Part shown: one piece after another, positions 25,742-32,878 of the stretch
How positions within the stretch are numbered: position 1 is the first letter of the stretch
Layout of the letters: the number at the start of each line of letters is the position of its first letter
From: Candidatus Limnocylindrales bacterium
GTDB taxonomy: Bacteria; Chloroflexota; Limnocylindria; Limnocylindrales; CSP1-4
Direction of reading: 5' to 3'
Assembly (NCBI GenBank): GCA_035692745.1
Contig: DASSHR010000322.1
Span: 1 to 46,794, forward strand
Length of the DNA: 46,794 nt
Position numbers and translations under genes: made by a program
The notes under the pieces: model-generated
Told to the model about the DNA's origin: nothing
The model's input: the letters and a program-made list of their open reading frames with translations, nothing else
Database searches by the model: none

Positions 25742-26476
25742 TCAGCGCCAGTCGATCGTGACGACCTCCACCGGCTCGGAGAACCCCTTCAGGACCTCCC
25801 GCCGCGGCGCGGAGGTCGGATAGGCGTCACCCGCCGTCGCGACGCTCGCGACGATCTCGTTGCCGCCGGCGATCGACGCGATCCGCGACGCCTCGTGGAC
25901 GCCGCGGCCCCGGAAGTTCTCGCCGACCTGGTTCGCGTCGGCGGCGTGGATCCCGATCCGGATGGGCGGCGCGAAGCCCGCCTTCTGGCGATGCTCTGCC
26001 AGCCGGCGCTGGATGGCGACCGCGGCCGCAACCGCCTGCTCCGGCGAGTCGAAGCCGACGAAGAACCCGTCGCCCGTCGTCGAGATCTCCTTGCCCTGGT
26101 GCGCGCTGAACACCTCGCGCAGGGTCGCGTCGTGCCAGCGGAGAAGCGTGTCCCACGCCTCGTCGCCCATGACCTCGACGAGGTTCGTGGAGCCAACGAC
26201 GTCGGTGAACATGAACGTCTTGAGCACGCGCCGCTTCGGCTCGGCCCTGCCCCGCAGCTGCCACGGCAGGAGCTCGGTGACCTGCTCGATCACGATCGCG
26301 GCCGTTGGGCAGGCGAAGGCCGCCTCCTGCAGCAGGTCGTCCTCGACGGTGTCCGTGCCGATCACGTCGGCCTTGCCGAAGTCGCCCTTCAGCCAGTCGA
26401 ACGCCGTGGGGGCCAGCGTGATGCAGTTGCCCGCGCCGATGCACTTGTGCCGATCGACGCGGACGACGAGCGGCAT
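25742..26476 (-). CDS. Ferredoxin-domain / class III nucleotidyl (adenylate/guanylate) cyclase fusion protein
   Basis: Real part of ORF 25742..27403 from ATG 26476 (MPLVVRVDRHKCIGAGNCITLAP...AFACPTAAIVIE). The cyclase core follows: FMFTDVVGSTNL, TTGDGFFVGF, IRIGIHAADA, RGRGVHEASRI. Confidence 0.8.
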   Translation of the reverse strand: MPLVVRVDRHKCIGAGNCITLAPTAFDWLKGDFGKADVIGTDTVEDDLLQEAAFACPTAAIVIEQVTELLPWQLRGRAEPKRRVLKTFMFTDVVGSTNLVEVMGDEAWDTLLRWHDATLREVFSAHQGKEISTTGDGFFVGFDSPEQAVAAAVAIQRRLAEHRQKAGFAPPIRIGIHAADANQVGENFRGRGVHEASRIASIAGGNEIVASVATAGDAYPTSAPRREVLKGFSEPVEVVTIDWR

Positions 26477-26486
26477 CAGGCGCGCC

Positions 26487-29400
26487 TCATGCCGGCGCCA
26501 GGCCCTGCCCGCCACCGACGGGCAGCGACGCACCGAGGCCGCGCATTGCCAGCGTCGTGGCGTGCGCGCGATCGGTCGCGCCCATCGTGACCATGAGGTC
26601 GGCGAGCCGGCCGGAGACGGTCGCCTCGTCGACGCCGAGCCGAGCGGCCATCTCGCGGTTGGTGAGGCCCTCGGTGAGGAGGAACACCAGTGCGCGGTCG
26701 TCATCGGACAGGCCGCTGGTCGGGCCGCCGGAGCGGTCGCCCGTCCCTGCCGCCGGCGGCTCGCCGGCCAGGGCCACGAAGCGGGAGCCGATCGGGCCGC
26801 GCAGCCAGCGCACGCGGACGGACTCGTCGAGGATGCCCTGCACGCTGCGCGCGAGGATGATCTGGAGGTAGCCGCGAACGAATTCCTGCGCCTCGGGCGG
26901 CCCTGCTTCGAGCAGGATCCGGCCGGCGGGGAGCACGACATCCGGGTAGACATCCTCGTGCTGGCCGGCCTCGAGTGCCTGGACCGCGGCAAACGCCGCC
27001 GCGACCGCACCGTCGACGTCGCCACGCGCCAGGTGGACCGTCGCGAGCGCGGCGTCGCACTCCGAGCCCCACGCGGGCTGCCCGGGCAGCTGGGCGAGGA
27101 GGGCCTTCGCGGCGCCGGCGGACCGCTCCGCCAGGCCGAGGAGCTCGTCGTCCTGGCGCTCCGCTCCGAGCCGGGCCGCCTCGACGGCAAGCCGGGTGAG
27201 CGCCTCGCATCGGGCCGCGGGCCGGCCCTGGCCCTCGGCGAGCTCGACGGCGCGCTCGAGCTGGGCTCGCGTGCCCGGCACGTCGCCCGCGGCCGCGCGT
27301 GCGCGGCCGCGCAGGAGCGCGAGCTGCCGCGTGCGCGCGGGCGTCGGGAGCGCGCTCGCGACCTCCGCCGCGGCGTCGATCCAGCGCTCCGCGGCATCGA
27401 CATCGCCGAGCTGCAGCTCCGCCAGCGCGACGCCCTTGGCGGCGCTGAACTGCACGTCCTGCCGGCCGAGCAGCCGTGCCGCTCGATACGCCTCCTCGCC
27501 GCGCGAGGTCGCGGCGTCGGGCAGCTGCTTGCCGAGGCCGTACACCTGGATGCCGTACAGCAGATGCAGCTCCTGCGCGGCGCGCTCGCTCTCCGTGACG
27601 AGCACGGCCTGTCGGGCGATGACGCGCTTGATCTCCTCGAGATGGCGGACCGAGTTCGACAGGTGGATCAGCGGCGCGTACCGCAGGTAGGCCATCGCGA
27701 TCACCGTCGACATCACCCCCGACCGGTCGTCGAGCCGTTCGAAGATGGCGAGCGCCCGCTCCAGGAGCGCCCCGCCCTCGGCAACGAGCTTGCCGAGGGG
27801 CAGGTCCCCGACCACGGCCTCCAGCGTCTCGCCCGCCTGCAGCCGGCGGGTGACCCCCATCCACTCGCCCGTCCGGACGAGGTCGTTGACGAACGTGGTC
27901 CGGAGGCGCGAGACGACGAGCGAGCCGACCTCGCGCAGGGATGCCGCGAGCGCCCGCTCGTCGCCGAGCTGCTCGGCCAGCTCCGCCGCACGCCGGAAGG
28001 CCGCCTCGGCGCCGTCCGCATCCACCTCGACCGTCGACACGCCGAACGAGTCTCCGAGCTCCGTCCGGGACAGCGCCTGGCCGAGCTCGAGGGTCGCCCG
28101 GAGCTCCGTCGCCGGATCGCCGAGCTCTGCGGCGCGCGCGATCACGCGGCGCGCCAGCTCCGCGGCCGCGTCTTCGTCGTGGGCCGCCCGGAGCGCCGCC
28201 GCCCGCCGGAGCTGCACGTCCAGCTCCAGGGCCGGCTCGCGGAGCGCCTCGGCGAGCGCGCCGAGCTCCGCGAGGCCCTCGATGCGGTCGGAGGTGCGCC
28301 GCAGCGCGGCGTACGCATCGTCGCGGGTGGCGAGCAGGACGCGCCGCTCCGCCGGCGACGTGACGACCGGCAGCGCCGCGTCGACCAGGCGCAGCGCCTC
28401 CTCGGGCGCGTTCGAGCGGAGCGCGGCCGCGGCCGCGTCGATGGAGAACCGTGCCGCGCGCGTGTTGTCGCCGGCGGCGAGCGCGTGCTGGGCGAGCATC
28501 GGCAGGCCCTCGGCGGGCGGCTCGCCCGCCTCGAGGAGCAGGTCGACCACGCGGCCGTGAACCTCGCGCCGGCGGGCGTTCGCCAGCTGGGCATTCGCGA
28601 AGTCCCGGACCTGCTCGTGGGAGAACGTGTAGTCCGCGGCATCGCCTTGCGGATGCGCCAGGAGCAGGCCGGCCTCGACGGCCGGAGCGAGCGCCGCGGC
28701 AATCCCGTCGGGCGTGCGGTCGGCGCCACCGATCGCCACGAGATCGCGCACGCTGAAGCTCCGTCCGAGCACGGCCGCCTCGCCGAGCAGTGCGAGCGCG
28801 GGAGCCGGCAGGCGCGCGGCCCGTCGCGAGATCAGCGTCCGGACGGCAGAGGGCACGAGCCGGGCCGCGTTCCGGCCGAGCCGCCACTCCCCGCCGACCT
28901 GCTGCAGCGTGCCGGCCTCGCGATGCGCCTGGGCGAGCTCCTCGACGATGAACGGCACGCCTTCCGACTGGGCGTGCATCGCGGCGATGCTCTGGCCGTC
29001 CACCGGCCCACCGAGCACCTGCCGGAGCAGCAGGCCGGTCTCCGTGGCGCCGAACCGGCTGACCCGGAGGCGCCGCACGAGGCCCATCCGCTCCATGTCG
29101 GCGAGGAAGTTCGTCGCTTCCGTGTTTTTCGCGAGCTCGTCCGTTCGGAAGGTCAGGAACAGGAACACGGGCCGGTCGCCGACGCTGCGGACGGCGTAGC
29201 GCAGCAGTCGCAGCGTGTCGTCATCGGCCCACTGGACGTCATCGAGCAGCAGGGCGATGGGCTTGACCGCGGCCAGCTCCTGGATCGCGATGCCCGCGAG
29301 GTCGAACGTGCGGAGGAGCTTCGCCTCGGGCGACAGGTGCTCGAAGCCGGGCTCGTCGCGACCGGCCAGTGCGTCGGCCACGCGCCGGACCGGGACCTCC

Positions 29401-29768
29401 GCCCGTGATCCGACCGCGAGCTCGCGGGTCGCGCCGTTCCCGAACAGCGATCGCGCGACGAGGAACGGGCCGCGGATCTCCTCGTCCGCGGTGATCGCGA
29501 CCGTCGTGAACCCGGCAGCCTCGGCCATCTCGGCGGCGGCGACGAGGAGCCGGGTCTTGCCGATGCCCGGCTCGCCCTCGAGGGTCACGGCGGCAAGGCG
29601 GGTGCGGGCTTCCCGGATCGCGTGCTCGATCGCCGCGAGCTCCGTGCTCCGGCCGACGATCGAACCGGTGGCACGCCGGAGCTGTACCGACAGCGAGCAC
29701 TGCGGCTGGACCAGCGGGTCCAGCGCATCGCCGTCGAGGAGGCGCACGGGGCCGGCTTCTGCAACCAT
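26487..29768 (-). CDS. Large ATP-binding LuxR-family regulator (LAL/MalT-like: AAA/STAND-type NTPase + helical repeats + LuxR HTH)
   Basis: ORF 26487..30056 trimmed to ATG 29768 (MVAEAGPVRLL...IVGRSTELAAI). Walker A GEPGIGKTRL, Walker B-like ALLLDDVQWAD, a roughly 700-aa TPR-like helical region, and the C-terminal HTH LTEGLTNREMAARLGVDEATVSGRLADLM. The stop lies 10 nt before the cyclase start. Confidence 0.85.
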   Translation of the reverse strand: MVAEAGPVRLLDGDALDPLVQPQCSLSVQLRRATGSIVGRSTELAAIEHAIREARTRLAAVTLEGEPGIGKTRLLVAAAEMAEAAGFTTVAITADEEIRGPFLVARSLFGNGATRELAVGSRAEVPVRRVADALAGRDEPGFEHLSPEAKLLRTFDLAGIAIQELAAVKPIALLLDDVQWADDDTLRLLRYAVRSVGDRPVFLFLTFRTDELAKNTEATNFLADMERMGLVRRLRVSRFGATETGLLLRQVLGGPVDGQSIAAMHAQSEGVPFIVEELAQAHREAGTLQQVGGEWRLGRNAARLVPSAVRTLISRRAARLPAPALALLGEAAVLGRSFSVRDLVAIGGADRTPDGIAAALAPAVEAGLLLAHPQGDAADYTFSHEQVRDFANAQLANARRREVHGRVVDLLLEAGEPPAEGLPMLAQHALAAGDNTRAARFSIDAAAAALRSNAPEEALRLVDAALPVVTSPAERRVLLATRDDAYAALRRTSDRIEGLAELGALAEALREPALELDVQLRRAAALRAAHDEDAAAELARRVIARAAELGDPATELRATLELGQALSRTELGDSFGVSTVEVDADGAEAAFRRAAELAEQLGDERALAASLREVGSLVVSRLRTTFVNDLVRTGEWMGVTRRLQAGETLEAVVGDLPLGKLVAEGGALLERALAIFERLDDRSGVMSTVIAMAYLRYAPLIHLSNSVRHLEEIKRVIARQAVLVTESERAAQELHLLYGIQVYGLGKQLPDAATSRGEEAYRAARLLGRQDVQFSAAKGVALAELQLGDVDAAERWIDAAAEVASALPTPARTRQLALLRGRARAAAGDVPGTRAQLERAVELAEGQGRPAARCEALTRLAVEAARLGAERQDDELLGLAERSAGAAKALLAQLPGQPAWGSECDAALATVHLARGDVDGAVAAAFAAVQALEAGQHEDVYPDVVLPAGRILLEAGPPEAQEFVRGYLQIILARSVQGILDESVRVRWLRGPIGSRFVALAGEPPAAGTGDRSGGPTSGLSDDDRALVFLLTEGLTNREMAARLGVDEATVSGRLADLMVTMGATDRAHATTLAMRGLGASLPVGGGQGLAPA

Positions 29769-29778
29769 CGCCGACAGT

Positions 29779-30903
29779 ATGCGCGAGCACGATGTCGCCG
29801 CCGTCGGCATGCACCTCGACGCCGCGGGCGAGGGGCGCCTGCATCGCGCCCTGCGCCGATGCTGGCAGCCCGTGTGCCGTGTCGCCGACCTCGGTGACCG
29901 GCCGATCCCGGTGACGCTGCTCGACGAGCAGCTCGTCGTCGTCCGCCTCGGGAATGAGATCGCGTGCTTCCCGGACCTGTGCGTGCATCGCGGAACCGCC
30001 CTGTCGCTCGGCTGGATCGACGACGGATCGCAACCGGCGCCCGACGGTTCGGGCACGGTCGGAGCCCCGTGCCTCGTCTGCCCGTACCACGGCTGGAGCT
30101 ACGACCGAAACGGCGTGGTGCGACGCATCCCGGCGGTGCACGGCCGGTCCATCCCGAGCCGCGCTCGCGTGACGCGCTACGCCACCGCCGAGGGCGTGGG
30201 CCTGGTGTGGGTGCTGCTGGAGCCGGGTGTGGGCGGCTGGGAAGCGCCGAGCGAGGCCTATCCCCTGCCCCGCGCCGATTCCTGGTGGGGCCGCGATGGC
30301 TTCCGCACGATCCCGATCGAGACCTACGACTGGGCGTGCTCCGCTGCTCGGCGGGTGGAGAACTTCGTGGACTTCAGCCACTTCCCATGGGTCCATCCGG
30401 ACGTGCTCGGCGATCGGGCGAAGCCGCTGTCTCCCGAGCACGAGGTGGTCGACGACGGGACGACCATCTCGTTCGACATCGCGCTCGAGGAGCCGCAGGC
30501 GTCGGTCAAGGGCGACGCGGCGCCGGGCGCGAAGGTCCAGCGCGACCCCACGACGTACACGCTCCACCTGCCGCTGTCGGTGACCCTGGACCAGCGGCTG
30601 CCGCCGTCAGCGGATCGCCCGGACGGCAACCGGTTCGTCCTGTTCCTCGCCGTGTCGCCGGTGACCGCCCGGCGCTGCCGCTCGTTCACCTGGAACGCCC
30701 GCACCTACTCCCTCGACCCGTCCGCCGATGCCGAGCTCGCGGCGTTCCAGGCGCTGATCCTCGACCAGGACCGCCCGATCGCGGAATCCCAGCGGCCCGA
30801 AGCGCTGCCCGTCGACCTGTCCGAGGAGCTGCACATCGCCGGCCCGGACAAGGCATCGATCCAGTACCGACGACGCCTCGCGGAGCTTGCGGCGAGCGGC
30901 TGA
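29779..30903 (+). CDS. Rieske [2Fe-2S] non-haem-iron oxygenase, alpha-subunit type
   Basis: ORF 29215..30903 trimmed to ATG 29779 (alt ATG 29809). Rieske ligands CVHRG ... CPYHGW; mononuclear iron motif ENFVDFSHFPWVH (D-x2-H-x4-H). Confidence 0.8.
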   Translation: MREHDVAAVGMHLDAAGEGRLHRALRRCWQPVCRVADLGDRPIPVTLLDEQLVVVRLGNEIACFPDLCVHRGTALSLGWIDDGSQPAPDGSGTVGAPCLVCPYHGWSYDRNGVVRRIPAVHGRSIPSRARVTRYATAEGVGLVWVLLEPGVGGWEAPSEAYPLPRADSWWGRDGFRTIPIETYDWACSAARRVENFVDFSHFPWVHPDVLGDRAKPLSPEHEVVDDGTTISFDIALEEPQASVKGDAAPGAKVQRDPTTYTLHLPLSVTLDQRLPPSADRPDGNRFVLFLAVSPVTARRCRSFTWNARTYSLDPSADAELAAFQALILDQDRPIAESQRPEALPVDLSEELHIAGPDKASIQYRRRLAELAASG

Positions 30904-30919
30904 CTCGGCGTGCGATCGC

Positions 30920-30974
30920 CACCCGGCCGCCCGGTCACCCGGCCGCCCGGTCGCCCGTCGCCCGGTCGCCCGGC
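30920..30974. repeat. 8-bp microsatellite-like array (about 7 units) filling a convergent intergenic gap
   Basis: cacccggc cgcccggt cacccggc cgcccggt cgcccgt cgcccggt cgcccggc. It also reads as a 16-bp x2 duplication at 30920-30951. It lies between the Rieske stop (30903) and the stop of the ABM/PAS gene (30975). Confidence 0.8.
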
Positions 30975-31973
30975 TCAGGCGGAGGCGTACCGGGCGACGA
31001 ACCCCGCGTCCGCGAGCGCTCGATCGACGTCGAGGTCATGGCCTTCGCCGGCGGGCACCACCAGCGAGGCATGGGACCCGGGCCACGGGGAGTTTGCCTT
31101 GGCCGCGTAGCGAACCTCGATGTCGGAGCCGTCGGGGCGCGTGAGCAGGTACGGCCCCTCCGCGGAGCCGTCGTGCACGAATCGATCGAACGCCTCGGGC
31201 ACCGCCTCGCGCTCCGACGCGCGGGTGATGTCCTCGACCCGCATCGTCAGGAGCCGGGCGAGCGGCCGCCCGCTCAGGCGTGCTGCTGCCGGCGTCGCAT
31301 GCACGTACCGGCGCCGATCGTCGGTGAGGAACAGGGCCGGCGCGTCGGGCCGCGGCTCGACCGCGGTGAGCGCGTCGAAGTGCTCGATGGAGGGCTCGGC
31401 GGCCCAGAAGGGCGACAGCTCTGCGCCGCCCATCGGCCGGTCGAGGTCCGAGCCGGCCACGTCGCGAAGTGCCGCCTCGTCCTGCCACAGCATCGCGGCC
31501 ACGATGTCGTCCTGGCGGCCGACGATCCGCCGGCCGAGGGTGAAGGCGACCAGGCCCGTCTCGTCGAGCAGCCGGTCCGCCCACTTCCGCACGGCGGCGT
31601 AGTAGGCCGCTTCGGCGTTGGGCTTGATCGGGATGCGGATGAGGCGCAGCTTGGCGTGTCGCAGCGGCATCGCCCGAGCCTCGCCGAGGACCAGCTCATA
31701 GTGCTCGGCGTGCGCCTCCGTGAGCATCGCGTCCGCGCCCGGCATGGACAGCGGCGCGTCCAGGTCGCGGGTTGACGTGGCCATCTCCTCGAAGCCCGTC
31801 CACGTGGACACGATCGCGAGCTCCAGCCCGGCGCTGGTCTCGCGAACTGCCGGCTGGAGCGACAGCAGCCCGGGCACGGCGAGGGCATTGGCGACGGCCT
31901 CGTCGCGGATGAAGCGCAGGAGTCGCGGCGACTCGCCATCGAGGACGTTCGCCCGGAGCACGCGGAGGATCAT
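30975..31973 (-). CDS. Hypothetical protein: two ABM/Dabb-like halves + C-terminal PAS-like domain
   Basis: Clean 332-aa ORF with genome-typical codon style. The N-terminal segments (MILRVLRANV...LAIVSTWTGFEEM; LRLIRIPIKPN...VAAMLWQDEAAL) look like duplicated ferredoxin-like ABM folds. The C-terminal LFLTDDRRRYVHATPAAARLSGRPLARLLTMRVEDI... is PAS-like. Confidence 0.6.
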   Translation of the reverse strand: MILRVLRANVLDGESPRLLRFIRDEAVANALAVPGLLSLQPAVRETSAGLELAIVSTWTGFEEMATSTRDLDAPLSMPGADAMLTEAHAEHYELVLGEARAMPLRHAKLRLIRIPIKPNAEAAYYAAVRKWADRLLDETGLVAFTLGRRIVGRQDDIVAAMLWQDEAALRDVAGSDLDRPMGGAELSPFWAAEPSIEHFDALTAVEPRPDAPALFLTDDRRRYVHATPAAARLSGRPLARLLTMRVEDITRASEREAVPEAFDRFVHDGSAEGPYLLTRPDGSDIEVRYAAKANSPWPGSHASLVVPAGEGHDLDVDRALADAGFVARYASA

Positions 31974-32054
31974 CGGCAGGTGCCCGCTCCCTGACGGTGT
32001 GGGCGATCACCTTACGCGATCAATTCGGCAATGTCGCGTGGTTGCAAGGAATAT

Positions 32055-32197
32055 CACGAATCCTTGATGGGTTCCCCATTCCGTCATGCTCTCGCCAGCC
32101 ACCTGCAACCCGCCCGCGCCGCCCGGCACCCCCGAGTGCAACTCCTGTTCCGCGAGCATCTGCAGGTGTCCAATCCCCACGAGTCTGACGACCCGTG
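32055..32197 (+). promoter_or_regulatory. Candidate structured 5' leader (possible ydaO/c-di-AMP-type riboswitch) of the RlpA-like gene
   Basis: This is a low-GC island in a 221-bp divergent gap. It has three AAUCC-type blocks: CACGAAUCC 32055-63, GAGUGCAACUCC 32134-45, CCAAUCC 32170-76. An UCCGUCAUGCU block is also present. There is an 8-bp long-range helix, CACCTGCA 32100-07 / TGCAGGTG 32161-68. CACG (32055-58) could pair with CGUG, which contains the GUG start (32194-97). No covariance-model search was possible. Confidence 0.3.
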
Positions 32198-32857
32198 CGA
32201 ACGCGCCCGTTGCGTTCCCGTCGTCGAGCGCTCCTTCCACTCCTCTTCGCCGGCGCACTGAGCCTCGCCGCCACCGCCGCGGCAGGCATCCAGCCCTCGC
32301 TCCCGGGGTCGATCCCCGACTCGGCCTTCGTGCCGCTGACGATCGACGCCTTCCCGAGCAGCCCCGAGCTCGGTTCGGAAGCGATGCCGTTCCACGGCAC
32401 GCGGCTCGCCGGCGGGCCCGTGCGCGCGCCGGACCGCGTCCCGATCGCGGATCCGTGGCTGCTCGCGGCGCCTTCGGGTGACCGCGCGCGTCCGAGCCTG
32501 CCCGGTCCGCGGCCGATCGCGGTCACGCGTCCGCAGTCGGGCTCATCCCTCGGCGCGGCGTCGGCGACCGGTCAATCGATCAGCGGCGCCGCCTCGTGGT
32601 ACTGCGACGCGGGCGTCTCGCCGTGCACGACGGACCATCCGGACACCTCCGGCTTCGACGCCTATGCCGCCGCCGGACCGCGCCTCCGAGCCGCCATCGG
32701 TTCGAATTGGCGGGGGATGGTGGTGACGGTCGATGACGTGCGCGTGAAGCTGATCGACTGGTGCCAGTGCTACGACGGCGAATCCAACGAGAAGCTCCTC
32801 GACCTCTATCACGACGTCTACCTGCGCACCGGTTCCTCCGTCACGATCCGCTGGTAG
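32195..32857 (+). CDS. Secreted RlpA-like double-psi beta-barrel (lytic transglycosylase/expansin-like) protein
   Basis: GTG 32195. Signal peptide MRTRPLRSRRRALLPLLFAGALSLAATAAAG. C-terminal block GAASWYCDAG...DAYAAAGPRLRAAIG...VVTVDDVRVKLIDWCQC. Confidence 0.75.
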   Translation: MRTRPLRSRRRALLPLLFAGALSLAATAAAGIQPSLPGSIPDSAFVPLTIDAFPSSPELGSEAMPFHGTRLAGGPVRAPDRVPIADPWLLAAPSGDRARPSLPGPRPIAVTRPQSGSSLGAASATGQSISGAASWYCDAGVSPCTTDHPDTSGFDAYAAAGPRLRAAIGSNWRGMVVTVDDVRVKLIDWCQCYDGESNEKLLDLYHDVYLRTGSSVTIRW

Positions 32858-32878
32858 CCCGCGCCGGCCCTTCGCGGT

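Noticed and set aside
25860-29408. 1182-aa plus-strand ORF (and the nested ORFs 26701..28887 and 27745..28560).
   Set aside because: It is antisense to the LAL regulator and the cyclase, which carry clear Walker, LuxR and cyclase motifs. The translation is low-complexity and Arg/Ala/Pro-rich.
25742-29768. Cyclase + STAND-like ATPase read as an anti-phage signalling system (Pycsar/CBASS/Avs-like).
   Set aside because: No effector gene (cNMP-binding, TIR, nuclease or pore-forming) is nearby. The ATPase ends in a LuxR DNA-binding domain typical of LAL transcription factors. The flanks are metabolic housekeeping-type genes, and there are no mobile-element hallmarks.
32031-32261. 76-aa ORF (MSRGCKEYHESLMGSPFRH...) inside the divergent gap upstream of the RlpA-like gene.
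   Set aside because: It has no RBS. It runs through the predicted leader and overlaps the signal-peptide-encoding start of the RlpA-like gene in another frame. Its codon usage is atypical for the genome. The region is better explained as a non-coding leader.
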